NCBI GenBank assembly: GCA_951406725.2
Contig: CATOCA020000001.1
Coordinates: 10,230,001 to 10,294,000 of the forward strand
DNA length: 64,000 nucleotides
DNA from: Octopus vulgaris
Taxonomy: Eukaryota
Direction: 5' to 3'
Notes under the pieces: generated by a model
Database searches by the model: none
The model's input: the letters and a program-made list of their open reading frames with translations, nothing else
What the model was told of the DNA's origin: nothing
Shown: one piece after another, positions 51,001-64,000 of the stretch
How positions within the stretch are numbered: position 1 is the first letter of the stretch
Layout of the letters: every line of letters begins with the position of its first letter
Program-made: the position numbers and the translations under genes

Positions 51001-54000
51001 ACCTAGTAAGTCTGTAGCTTGTGCAAAGTCCGGTGCTCCCGTATGTACATCAGAACAAGGTAAATAGCTAGTAAGTCTGTAGCTTGTGCAGAGTCCGGTG
51101 CTCCCGTAGGTACATCAGAACAAGGTAAATACCTAGTAAGTCTGTAGCTTGTGCAGAGACCGGTGCTCCCGTAGGTACATCAGAACAAGGTAAATAACTA
51201 GTAAGTATGTAGCTTGTGCAGAGACCGGTGATCCCGTAGGTACATCAGAACAAGGTAAATACCTAGCAAGTCTGTAGCTTGTGCAGAGTCCGGTGCCCCC
51301 ATAGGTACATCAGAACAAGGTAAATACCTAGTAAGTCTGTAGCTTGTGCAGAGACCAATGCTCCCGTAGGTACATCAGAACAAGGTATATACCTAGTAAG
51401 ACTGTAGCTTGTGCAGAGTCCGGTTCTTCCGTAGGTCCATCAGAACAAGGTATATACCTAGTAAGTCTATAGCTTGTGCACAGTCCGGTGCTCCCGTAGG
51501 TACATCAGAACAATGTAAATACCTAGTAATTCTGTAGCTTGTGCAGAATCCGGTGTTCCCGTAGGTACATCAGAGCAAGGTAAATACCTAGTAACTCTGT
51601 ACCTTGTGCAGAGTTCGGTGCTCCCGTAAGTACATCAGAAAAAGGTAAATACCTAGTAAGTCTTTAGCTTTGCAGAATCCGGTGCGCTCGTAGGTACATC
51701 AGAACAAGGTAAATAATTAGTAAGTCTGTAGCTTGTGCAGAGACCGGTGCTCCCGTAGGTATATCAGAACAAGGTAAATACCTAGTAAGTCTGTAGCTTG
51801 TGCAGAGTCCGGTGCTCCCGTAGGTTCATCAGAACAAGGTAAATACCTAGTAAGTCTGTAGCTTGTGCAGAATCCGGTGTTCCCGTAGGTACATCAGAAA
51901 AAGGTAAATACCTATTAAGTCTTTAGCTTGTGCAGAATCCGGTGCGCCCGTAGGTCCATCAGAACAAGGTATATACCTAGTAAGTCTATAGCTTGTGCAG
52001 AGTCCGGTGCTCCAGTAGGTACATCAGAACAAGGTAAAAACCTAGTAAGTCTGTAACTTGTGCAGAGTCTGGTGCTCCCGTAGGTACATCAGAACAAGGT
52101 AAATACCAAGTAAGTCTGTACCTTGTGCAGAGACCAGTGCTCCCGTAGTTACATCAGAACAAGGTATATACCTAGTAAGTCTGTACCTTGTGCAGAGTTC
52201 GGTGCTCCCGTAGGTATATGAGAAAAAGGTTTATACCTAGTAAGTCTGTAGCTTGTGCAGAGTCCGGTGCTCCCGTAGGTACATCAGAACAAGGTAAATA
52301 CCTAGTAAGTCTGTACCTTGTGCAGAGTCCGGTGCTCCCGTAGGTACATCAGAACAAGGTAAATACCTAGTAAGTCTGTAGCTTGTGCAGAATCCGCTGC
52401 TCCCGTAGGTACATCAGAACAAGGTAAATACCTAGTAAGTCTGTAGCTTGTGCAGAATCCGGTGATCCCGTAGGTACATCAGAGCAAGGTAAATACCTAG
52501 TCAGTCTGTATCTTGTGCAGAGTCCGGTGCTCCCGTAGGTACATCAGAGCAAGGTAAATACCTAGTCAGTCTGTATCATGTGCAGAGTCTGGTGCTCCCG
52601 TAGGTACATCAGAACAAGGTAAATACCTAGTAAGTCTGTACCTTGTGCAGAGTCCGGTGCTCCCGTAGGTACATCAGAAAAAGGTAAATACCTAGTAAGT
52701 CTTTAGCTTGTGCAGAATCCGGTGCTCTCGTAGGTACATCAGAACAAGGTAAATACCTAGTAAGTCTGTATCTTGTGCAGAGTCCGGTGCTCCCGCATGT
52801 ACATCAGAACAAGGTAAATAGCTAGTAAGTCTGTAGCTTGTGCAGAGTCCGGTGCTCTCGTAGGTACATCAGAACAAGGTAAATAGCTAGTAAGTCTGTA
52901 GCTTGTGCAGAGTCCGGTGCTCCCGTAGGTACATCAGAACAAGGTAAATACCTAGTAAGTCTGTAGCTTGTGCAGAATCCGGTGTTCCCGTAGGTACATC
53001 AGAGAAAAGTAAATACCTAGTAAGTCTGTAGCTTGTGCAGAATCCGGTGCTCCCGTAGGTACATCAGAAAAAGGTAAATACCTAGTAAGTCTTTAGCTTG
53101 TGCAGAATCCGGTGCGCTCGTAGGTACATCAGAACAAGGTATATACCTAGTAAGTCTGTAGCTTGTGCAGAGTCCGGTGCTCCCGTAGGTACATCAGAAC
53201 AAGGTAAATACCTAGTCAGTCTGTATCTTGTGCAGAGTCGGTGCTCCCGTATGTACATCTGAACAAGGTAAATAGCTAGTAAGACTGTAGCTTGTGCAAA
53301 GTCCGATGCTCCCCTAGGTACATCAGAACAAGGTAAATACCTAGTAAGTCTGTAGCTTGTGCAGAATCCGGTGCTCCTGTAGGTACATCAGAACAAGGTA
53401 AATACCTAGTAAGTCTGTAGCTTGTGCAGAATCCGGTGCTCCCGTAGGTACATCAGAACAAGATAAATACCTAGTAAGTCTGTAGCTTGTGCAGAGACCG
53501 GTGCTCCCGTAGGTACATCAGAACAAGGTAAATACCTAGTAAGTCTGTAGCTTGTGCAGAATCCGGTGCTCCCGTAGGTACATCAGAACAAGGTAAATAC
53601 CTAGTAAGTCTGTAGCTTGTGCAGAGTCCGGTGCCCCCATAGGTACATCAGAACAAGGTAAATACCTAGTAAGTCTGTAGCTTGTGCAGAGTCCGGTGCT
53701 CCCGTAGGTACATCAGAACAAGGTAAATACCTAGTAAGTCTGTAGCTTGTGCAGAATCCGTTGCGCTCGTAGGTACATCAGAACAAGTTATATACCTAGT
53801 AAGTCTGTAGCTTGTGCAGAGTCCGGTGCTCCCGTAGGTACATCAGAACAAGGTAAATACCTAGTAAGTCTGTAGCTTGTGCAGAATCAGGTGTTCCCGT
53901 AGGTACATCAGAACAAGGTAAATACCTAGTAAGTCTGTACCTTGTGCAGAGTCCGGTGCTCCCGTAGGTACATCAGAACAAAGGTAAATACCTAGTAAGT

Positions 54001-57000
54001 CTTTAAATTTGGAGAATCCGGTGCGCTTGTAGGTACATCAGAACAATATAAATACCTAGTAAGTCTGTAGCTTGTGCAGAGTCCGGTGCTCCCGTAGGTA
54101 CATCAGAACAAGGTAAATAACCTAGTAAGTCTGTAGCTTGTGCAGAGACCGGTGCTCCCGTAGGTACATCAGAACAAGGTAAATACCTAGTAAGTATGTA
54201 GCTTGTGCAGAGACCGGTGCTCCCGTAGGTACATCAGAACAAGATAAATACCTAGTAAGTCTGTAGCTTGTGCAGAGTCCGGTGCCCCCGTAGGTACATC
54301 AGAACAAGGTAAATACCTAGTAAGTCTGTAGCTTGTGCAGAGACCAATGCTCCCGTAGGTACATCAGAACAAGGTAAATACCTAGTAAGTCTGTAGCTTG
54401 TGCAGAGTCCGGTGCTCCCGTAGGTACATCAGAACAAGGTAAATACCTAGTAAGTCTCTAGCTTTTTCAGAGACCGGTGCTCCCGTCGGTACATTCGAAC
54501 AAGGTAAATACCTAGTAAGTCTGTAGCTTGTGCAGAGACCGGTGCTCCCGTAGGTACATCAGAACAAGGTAAACACCTAGCAAGTCTGTAGCTTGTGCAG
54601 AGTCCGGTGCTCCCGTAGGTACATCAGAACAAGGTAAATACCTAGTAAGTCTGTAGCTTGTGCAGAATCCGTTGCTCCCGTAGGTACATCAGAAAAAGGT
54701 AAATACCTAGTAAGTCTGTAGCTTGTGCAGAGTCCGGTGCTCCCGTAGGTACATCAGAACAAGGTAAATACCTAGTAAGTCTGTAGCATGTGCAGAATCC
54801 GTTGCGCTCGTAGGTACATCAGAACAAGGTAAATACCTAGTAAGTCTGTAGCTTGTGCAGAGTCCGGTGCCCCCGTAGGTACATCAGAACAAGGTAAATA
54901 CCTAGTAAGTCTGTAGCTTGTGCAGAGACCAATGCTCCCGTAGGTACATCAGAACAAGGTAAATACCTAGTAAGTCTGTAGCTTGTGCAGAGTCCGGTTC
55001 TCCAGTAGGTACATCAGAACAAGGTAAATACCTAGTAAGTCTGTAGCTTGTGCAGAGTCCGGTGCTCCCGTAGGTACATCAGAACAAGGTAAATACCTAG
55101 TAAGTCTGTAGCTTGTGCAGAATCCGGTGCCCGTAGGTACATCAGAACAAGGTAAATACCTAGTAAGTCTGTAGCTTGTGCAGAGTCCGGTGCTCCCGTA
55201 GGTACATCAGAACAAGGTAAATACCTAGTAAGTCTGTAGCTTGTGCAGAGTCCGGTGCTCCCGTAGGTACATCAGAACAAGGTAAATACCTAGTAAGTCT
55301 GTAGCTTGTGCAGAATCCGTTGCTCCCGTAGGTACATTAGAAAAAGGTAAATACCTAGTAAGTCTGTAGCTTGTGCAGAATCCGTTGCGCTCGTAGGTAC
55401 ATCAGAACAAGGTATATACCTAGTAAGTCTGTAGCTTGTGCAGAGTCCGGTGCTCCCGTAGGTACATCAGAACAAGGTAAATACCTAGTAAGTCTTTAAA
55501 TTGTGCAGAATCCGGTGCTCCCGTAGGTACATCAGAACAAGGTAAATACCTAGTAAGTCTGTAGCTTGTGCAGAGTCCGGTGCTCCCGTAGGTACATCAG
55601 AACAAGGTAAATACCTAGTAAGTCTGTATCTTGTGCAGAGTCCGGTGCTCCCGTAGGTACATCAGAACAAGGTAAATACCTAGTAAGTCTGTAGCTTGTG
55701 CAGAGACCGGTGCTCCCGTAGGTACATCAGAACAAGGTAAATACCTAGTAAGTCTGTAGCTTGTGCAGAGACCGGTGCTCCCGTAGGTACATCAGAACAA
55801 GGTAAATACCTAGTAAGTCTGTAGCTTGTGCAGAGTCCGGTGCCCCCATAGGTACATCAGGACAAGGTAAATACCTAGTAAGTCTGTAGCTTGTGCAGAG
55901 ACCGGTGCTCCCGTAGGTACATCAGAACAAGGTAAATACCTAGTAAGTCTGTAGCTTGTGCAGAGTCCGGTTCTTCCGTAGGTACATCAGAACAAGGTAA
56001 ATACCTAGTAAGTCTGTACCTTGTGCAGTGTCCGGTGCTCCCGTAGGTACATCAGAACAAGGTAAATACCTAGTAAGTCTGTAGCTTGTGCAGAATCCGG
56101 TGCGCTCGTAGGCACATCAGAACAAGGTATATACCTAGTAAATCTGTAGCTTGTGCAGAGTCCGGTGCCCCCGTAGGTACATCAGAACAAGGTAAATACC
56201 TAGTAAGTCTGTAGCTTGTGCAGAGTCCGGTGCTCCCGTAGGTACATCAGAAAAAGGTAAATACCTAGTAAGTCTGTAGCTTGTGCAGAATCCGTTGCGC
56301 TCGTAGGTACATCAGAACAAGGTATATACCTAGTAAGTCTGTAGCTTGTGCAGAGTCCGGTGCTCCCGTAGGTACATCAGAACAAGGTAAATACCTAGTA
56401 AGTCTGTATCTTGTGCAGAGTCCGGTGCTCCCGTAGGTACATCAGAACAAGGTAAATACCTAGTAAGTCTGTAGCTTGTGCAGAATCCGTTGCTCCCGTA
56501 GGTACATCAGAACAAGGTAAATACCTAGTAAGTCTGTAGCTTGTGCAGAATCCGGTGCTCCCGTAGGTACATCAGAACAAGGTAAATACCTAGTAAGTCT
56601 GTAGCTTGTGCAGAGACCGGTGCTCTCGTAGGTACATCAGAACAAGTTAAATACCTAGTAAGTCTGTAGCTTGTGCAGAGTCCGGTGCTCCCGTAGGTAC
56701 ATCAGAACAAGGTAAATACCTAGTAAGTCTGTAGCTTGTGCAGAGTCCGGTGCCCCCGTAGGTACATCAGAACAAGGTAAATACCTAGTAAGTCTGTAGC
56801 TTGTGCAGAGTCCGGTGCTCCCGTAGGTACATCAGAACAAGGTAAATACCTAGTAAGTCTGTAGCTTTATCAGAGTCCGGTGCTCCCGTAGGTACATCAG
56901 AAAAAGGTAAATACCTAGTAAGTCTGTAGCTTGTGCAGAATCCGTTGCGCTCGTAGATACATCAGAACAAGGTAAATACCTAGTAAGTCTGTAGCTTGTG

Positions 57001-60000
57001 CAGAGTCCGGTGCCCCCGTAGGTACATCAGGACAAGGTAAATACCTAGTAAGTCTGTAGCTTGTGCAGAGTCCGGTGCTCCCGTAGGTACATCAGAACAA
57101 GGTAAAATACCTAGTAAGTCTGTAGCTTGTGCAGAGTCCGGTTCTTCAGTAGGTACATCAGAACAAGGTAAATACCTAGTAAGTCTGTAGCTTGTGCAGA
57201 GTCCGGTGCTCCCGTAGGTACATCAGAACAAGGTAAATACCTAGTAAGTCTGTAGCTTGTGCAGAATCCGGTGCGCCCGTAGGTACATCAGAACAAGGTA
57301 AATACCTAGTAAGTCTACAGCTTGTGCAGAGTCCGGTGCTCCAGTAGGTACATCAGAACAAGGTAAAAACCTAGTAAGTCTGTAGCTTGTGCAGAGTCCG
57401 GTGCTCCCGTAGGTACATCAGAAAAAGGTAAATACCTAGTAAGTCTGTAGCTTGTGCAGAGTCCGTTGCTCCCGTAGGTACATCAGAACAAGGTAAATAC
57501 CTAGTAAGTCTGTAGCTTGTGCAGAGTCCGGTGCCCCCGTAGGTACATCAGAACAAGGTAAATACCTAGTAAGTCTGTAGCTTGTGCAGAGACCAATGCT
57601 CCCGTAGGTACATCAGAACAAGGTATATACCTGGTAAGTCTGTAGCTTGTGCAGAGTCCGGTTCTTCAGTAGGTACATCAGAACAAGGTAAATACCTAGT
57701 AAGTCTGTAGCTTGTGCAGAGTCCGGTGCTCCCGTAGGTACATCAGAAAAAGGTAAATACCTAGTAAGTCTGTAGCTTGTGCAGAATCCGGTGCTCCCGT
57801 AGGTACATCAGAACAAGGTATATACCTAGTAAGTCTGTAGCTTGTGCAGAGTCCGGTGCTCCCGTAGGTACATCAGATCAAGGTAAATACCTAGTAAGTC
57901 TGTAGCTTGTGCAGAGTCCGGTGCTCTCGTAGGTACATCAGAACAAGGTAAATACCTAGTAAGTCTGTAGCTTGTGCAGAATCCGTTGCTCCCGTAGGTA
58001 CATCAGAAAAAGGTAAATACCTAGTAAGTCTGTAGCTTGTGCAGATTCCGTTGCGCTCGTAGGCACATCAGAACAAGGTATATACCTAGTAAGTCTGTAG
58101 CTTGTGCAGAGTCCGGTGCTCCCGTAGGTACATCAGAAAAAGGTAAATACCTAGTAAGTCTTTAGCTTGTGCAGAATCCGGTGCGCTCGTAGGTACATCA
58201 GAACAAGGTATATACCTAGTAAGTCTGTAGCTTGTGCAGAGTCCGGTGCTACCGTAGGTACATCAGAACAAGGTAAATACCTAGTAAGTCTGTAGCTTGT
58301 GCAGAGTCCGGTGATCCCGTAGGTACATCAGAACAAGGTAAATACCTAGTAAGTCTGTAGCTTGTGCAGAGACCGGTGCTCCCGTAGGTACATCAGAACA
58401 AGGTAAATACCTAGTAAGTCTGTAGCTTGTGCAGAGTCCGGTGCTCCCGTAGGTACATCAGAACAAGGTAAATACCTAGTAAGTCTGTAGCTTGTGCAGA
58501 GTCCGGTGCCCCCGTAGGTACATCAGAACAAGGTAAATACCTAGTAAGTCTGTAGCTTGTGCAGAGACCGGTGCTCCCGTAGGTACATCAGAACAAGGTA
58601 TATACCTAGTAAGTCTGTAGCTTGTGCAGAGTCCGGTGCTCCCGTAGGTACATCAGAACAAGGTAAATACCTAGTAAGTCTGTAGCTTGTGCAGAGTCCG
58701 GTGCTCCCGTAGGTACATCAGAACAAGGTAAATACCTAGTAAGTCTGTAGCTTGTGCAGAATCCGTTGCGCTCGTAGGTACATCAGAACAAGTTATATAC
58801 CTAGTAAGTCTGTAGCTTGTGCAGAGTCCGGTGCTCCCGTAGGTACATCAGAACAAGGTAAATACCTAGTAAGTCTGTAGCTTGTGCAGAGTCCGGTGCT
58901 CCCGTAGGTACATCAGAACAAGGTAAATAGCTAGTAAGTCTGTAGCTTGTGCAGAGTCCGGTGCTCCCGTAGGTACATCAGAACAAGGTAAATACCTAGT
59001 AAGTCTGTAGCTTGTGCAGAGTCCGGTGCTCCCGTAGGTACATCTGAACAAGGTAAATACCTAGTAAGTCTGTAGCTTGTGCAGAGTCCGGTGCTCCCCT
59101 AGGTACATCAGAACAAGGTAAATACCTAGTAAGTCTGTAGCTTGTGCAGAATCCGGTGCTCCCGTAGGTACATCAGAACAAGGTAAATACCTAGTAAGTC
59201 TGTAGCTTGTACAGAATCCGGTGCTCCCGTAGGTACATCAGAACAAGGTAAATACCTAGTAAGTCTGTAGCTTGTGCAGAGACCGGTGCTCCCGTAGGTA
59301 CATCAGAACAAGGTAAAAAACCTAGTAAGTCTGTAGCTTGTGCTGAGACCGGTGCTCCCGTAGGTACATCAGAACAAGGTAAATACCTAGTAAGTCTGTA
59401 GCTTGTGCAGAGTCCGGTGCCCCCATAGGTACATCAGAACAAGGTAAATAACTAGTAAGTCTGTAGCTTGTGCAGAGACCGGTGCTCCCGTAGGTACATC
59501 AGAACAAGGTATAAACCTAGTAAGTCTGTAGCTTGTGCAGAGTCCGGTGCTCCCGTAGGTACATCAGAACAAGGTAAATACCTAGTAAGTCTGTAGCTTG
59601 TGCAGAGTCCGGTGCTCCCGTATGTACATCAGAACAAGGTAAATACCTAGTAAGTCTGTAGCTTGTGCAGAATCCTTAGCGCTCGTAGGTACATCAGAAC
59701 AAGGTATATACCTAGTAAGTCTGTAGCTTGTGCAGAGTCCGGTGCTCCCGTAGGTACATCAGAACAAGGTAAATACCTAGTAAGTCTGTAGCTTGTGCAG
59801 AGTCCGGTGCTCCCGTAGGTACATCAGAACAAGGTAAATACCTAGTAAGTCTGTAGCTTGTGCAGAATCCGGTGTTCCCGTAGGTACATCAGAGCAAGGT
59901 AAATACCTAGTAAGTCTGTACCTTGTGCAGAGTCCGGTGCTCCCGTAGGTACATCAGAACAAGGTAAATACCTAGTAAGTCTGTAGCTTGTGCAGAATCC

Positions 60001-63000
60001 GGTGCGCTCGTAGGTACATCAGAACAAGGTATATACCTAGTAAGTCTGTAGCTTGTGCAGAGTCCGGTGCTCCCGTAGGTACATCAGAACAAGGTAAATA
60101 ACTAGTAAGTCTGTAGCTTGTGCAGAGACCGGTGCTCCCGTAGGTACATCAGAACAAGGTAAATACCTAGTAAGTCTGTAGCTTGTGCAGAGACCGGTGC
60201 TCCCGTAGGTACATCAGAAGAATGTAAATACCAAGCAAGTCTGTAGCTTGTGCGGAGTCCGGTGCCCCCATAGGTACATCAGGACAAGGTAAATACCTAG
60301 TAAGTCTGTAGCTTGTGCAGAGTCCGGTGCTCCCGTAGGTACATCAGAACAAGGTAAATACCTAGTAAGTCTGTAGCTTGTGCAGAGTCCGGTGCTCCCG
60401 TAGGTACATCAGAACAAGGTAAATTCCTAGTAAGTCTGTACCTTGTGCAGTGTCCGGTGCTCCCGTAGGTACATCAGAAAAAGGTAAATAACTAGTAAGT
60501 CTGTAGCTTGTGCAGAATCCGGTGCGCTCGTAGGTACATCAGAACAAGGTATATACCTAGTAAATCTATAGCTTGTGCAGAGTCCGGTGCTCCCGTAGGT
60601 ACATCAGAACAAGGTAAATACCTAGTAAGTCTGTACCTTGTGCAGAGTCCGGTGCTCCCGTAGGTACATCAGAACAAGGTAAATACCTAGTAAGTCTGTA
60701 GCTTGTGCAGAGACCGGTGCTCCCGTAGGTACATCAGAACAAGGTAAAAACCTAGTAAGTCTGTAGCTTGTGCAGAGTCCGGTGCTCCCGTAGGTACATC
60801 AGAACAAGGTAAATACCTTGTAAGTCTGTAGCTTGTGCAGAGTCCGGTGCCCCCATAGGTACATCAGAACAAGGTAAATAACCTAGTAAGTCTGTAGCTT
60901 GTGCAGAGACCAGGTGCTCCCGTAGGTACATCAGAACAAGGTTAATACCTAGTAAGTCTGTAGCTTGTGCAGAGTCCGGTGCTCCCGTAGGTACATCAGA
61001 ACAAGGTAAATACCTAGTAAGTCTGTAGCTTGTGCAGAGTCCGGTGCTCCCGTAGGTACATCAGAAAAAGGTAAAAAACTAGTAAGTCTGTAGCTTGTGC
61101 AGAATCCGGTGCTCGCGTAGGTACATCAGAACAAGGTAATATACCTAGTAAGTCTGTAGCTTGTGCAGAGTCCGGTGCTCCCGTTGGTACATCAGAACAA
61201 GGTAAATAGCTAGTAAGTCTGTAGCTTGTGCAGAGTCCGGTGCTCCCGTAGGTACATCAGAACAAGGTAAATACCTAGTAAGTCTGTAGCTTGTGCAGAA
61301 TCCGGTGTTCCCGTAGGTACATCAGAGCAAGGTAAATACCTAGTAAGTCTGTACCTTGTGCAGAGTCCGGTGCTCCCGTAGGTACATCAGAAAAAGGTAA
61401 ATACCTAGTAAGTCTTTAAATTGTGCAGAATCCGGTGCGCTCGTAGGCACATCAGAACAAGGTATATACCTAGTAAGTCTGTAGCTTGTGCAGAGTCCGG
61501 TGCTCCCGTAGGTACATCAGAACAAGGTAAATACCTAGTAAGTCTGTAGCTTGTGCAGAGACCGGTGCTCCCGTAGGTACATCAGAACAAGGTAAATACC
61601 TAGTAAGTATGTAGCTTGTGCAGAGACCGGTGCTCCCGTAGGTACATCAGAACAAGGTAAATACCTAGCAAGTCTGTAGCTTGTGCAGAGTCCGGTGCCC
61701 CCATAGGTACATCAGGGACAAGGTAAATACCTAGTAAGTCTGTAGCTTGTGCAGAGACCAATGCTCCCGTAGGTACATCAGAACAAGGTATATACCTAGT
61801 AAGTCTGTAGCTTGTGCAGAGTCCGGTTCTTCCGTAGGTACATCAGAACAAGGTAAATACCTAGTAAGTCTGTACCTTGTGCAGTGTCCGGTGCTCCCGT
61901 AGGTACATCAGAAAAAGGTAAATACCTAGTAAGTCTTTAGCTTGTGCAGAATCCGGTGCGCTCGTAGGTACATCAGAACAAGGTATATACCTAGTAAGTC
62001 TATAGCTTGTGCAGAGTCCGGTGCCCCCGTAGGTACATCAGAACAAGGTAAATACCTAGTAAGTCTGTAGCTTGTGCAGAGTCCGGTGCTCCCGTAGGTA
62101 CATCAGAACAAGGTAAATACCTAGTAAGTCTGTAGCTTGTGCAGAATCCGGTTGCTCCCGTAGGTACATCAGAACAAGGTAAATACCTAGTAAGTCTGTA
62201 GCTTGTGCAGAGTCCGGTGCTACCGTAGGTACATCAGAACAAGGTAAATACCTAGTAAGTCTGTATCTTGTGCAGAGTCCGGTGATCCCGTAGGTACATC
62301 AGAACAAGGTAAATACCTAGTAAGTCTGTAGCTTGTGCAGAATCCGGTGCTCCCGTAGGTACATCAGAATAAGGTAAATACCTAGTAAGTCTGTAGCTTG
62401 TGCAGAATCCGGTGCTCCCGTAGGTACATCAGAACAAGGTAAATACCTAGTAAGTCTGTAGCTTGTGCAGAGACCGTTGCTCTCGTAGGTACATCAGTAC
62501 AAGTTAAATACCTAGTAAGTCTGTCGCTTGTGCAGAGTCCGGTGCTCCCGTAGGTACATCAGAACAAGGTAAATACCTAGTAAGTCTGTAGCTTGTGCAG
62601 AGACCGGTGCTCCCGTAGGTACATCAGAACAAGGTAAATACCTAGTAAGTCTGTAGCTTGTGCAGAGTCCGGTGCTCCCGTAGGTACATCAGAACAAGGT
62701 AAATACCTAGTAAGTCTGTAGCTTGTGCAGAGACAGGTGCTCCCGTAGGTACATCAGAACAAGATAAATACCTAGTAAGTCTGTAGCTTGTGCAGAGTCC
62801 GGTGCTCCCGTAGGTACATCAGAAAAAGGTAAATACCTAGTAAGTCTGTAGCTTGTGCAGAATCCGGTGCGCTCGTAGGTACATCAGAACAAGGTAAATA
62901 CCTAGTAAGTCTGTAGCTTGTGCAGAGTCCGGTGCTCCCGTAGGTACATCAGAACAAGGTAAATACCTAGTAAGTCTGTAGCTTGTGCAGAGACCAATGC

Positions 63001-64000
63001 TCCCGTAGGTACATCAGAACAAGGTAAATACCTAGTAAGTCTGTAGCTTGTGCAGAGTCCGGTGCTTCCGTAGGTACATCAGAACAAGGTAAATATCTAG
63101 TAAGTCTGTAGCTTGTGCAGAGTCCGGTGCTCCCGTAGGTACATCAGAAAAAGGTAAATACCTAGTAAGTCTGTAGCTTGTGCAGAATCCGGTGCTCCCG
63201 TAGGTACATCAGAACAAGGTATATACCCAGTAAGTCTACAGCTTGTGCAGAGTCCGGTGCTCCAGTAGGTACATCAGAACAAGGTAAATACCTAGTAAGT
63301 CTGTAGCTTGTGCAGAGTCCGGTGCTCCCGTAGGTACATCAGAAAAAGGTAAATACCTAGTAAGTCTGTAGCTTGTGCAGAATCCGTTGCTCCCGTAGGT
63401 ATATCAGAACAAGGTAAATACCTAGTAAGTCTGTAGCTTGTGCAGAATCCGGTGCGCTCGTAGGTACATCAGAACAAGTTATATACCTAGTAAGTCTGTA
63501 GCTTGTGCAGAGTCCGGTGCTCCCGTAGGTACATCAGAAAAAGGTAAATACCTAGTATGTCTTTAAATTGTGCAGAGTCCGGTGCGCTCGTAGGTACATC
63601 AGAACAAGGTAAATACCTAGTAAGTCTGTAGCTTGTGCAGAGTCCGGTGATCCCGTAGGTACATCTGAACAAGGTAAATACCTAGTAAGTCTGTAGCTTG
63701 TGCAGAATCCGGTGCTCCCGTAGGTACATCAGAACAAGGTAAATACCTAGTAAGTCTGTAGCTTGTGCAGAATCCGGTGCTCCCGTAGGTACATCAGAAC
63801 AAGGTAAATACCTAGTAAGTCTGTAGCTTGTGCAGAGATCCGGTGCTCCCGTAGGTACATCAGAACAAGGTAAATACCTAGTAAGTCTGTAGCTTGTGCA
63901 GATCCGGTGCTCCCGTAGGTACATCAGAACAAGGTAAATACCTAGTAAGTCTGTAGCTTGTGCAGAGTCCGGTGCCCCCATAGGTACATCAGAACAAGGT
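42056..64000. repeat. 65-bp tandem satellite, consensus TGCAGAGTCCGGTGCTCCCGTAGGTACATCAGAACAAGGTAAATACCTAGTAAGTCTGTAGCTTG (about 337 units, continues past the window)
   Basis: TGCAG recurs at 42056, 42121 and 42186 (period 65). The array is highly homogeneous and uninterrupted to the window end. Confidence 0.99.

Noticed and set aside
30340-63981. ORFs within the two satellites as protein-coding genes
   Set aside because: Monomer lengths 34 and 65 are not multiples of 3, so the ORFs are chance loss of periodic stop codons.
42056-64000. Hammerhead ribozyme on the minus strand of the 65-mer
   Set aside because: CTGATG is followed by T rather than A, and there is no suitably placed GAAA core or stem II.
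42056-64000. 65-mer derived from the SINE tail (shared CGGTGCTCC and AACAAG(G)TAAA)
   Set aside because: Only short, gapped matches that cannot be distinguished from chance by eye, unlike the gap-free 34-mer match.

Overview
Eukaryotic, AT-rich, repeat-dominated DNA with no intact host gene. The SINE and RTE families suggest an octopod cephalopod (inference from recognising the repeats). Bases 1-29 kb are a transposon graveyard: two tRNA-derived SINE families, many RTE-clade LINE pieces (ORF2 carries a C4HC3 PHD-like finger after the RT core), an R4/Dong LINE fragment, a Penelope-like RT fragment, a complete ~1.03-kb non-autonomous Helitron with a paralogous empty site, a mosaic of local duplications (5.7-14.7 kb), microsatellites and a 100-N gap. 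From 29.08 kb the window is pure satellite: a 34-bp array (29081-42055, about 380 units) fused with no spacer to a 65-bp array (42056 to the window end, about 337 units). Main observations: the 34-bp monomer aligns without gaps to an internal segment of the local SINE; two opposite-strand RTE halves reveal a ~2.1-kb inversion; both satellites show kb-scale block duplications; a possible promoter, first exon and decayed GIMAP-like exon lie at 25-26 kb. Most ORFs in the supplied track are repeat artefacts. All alignments and counts were done by eye.
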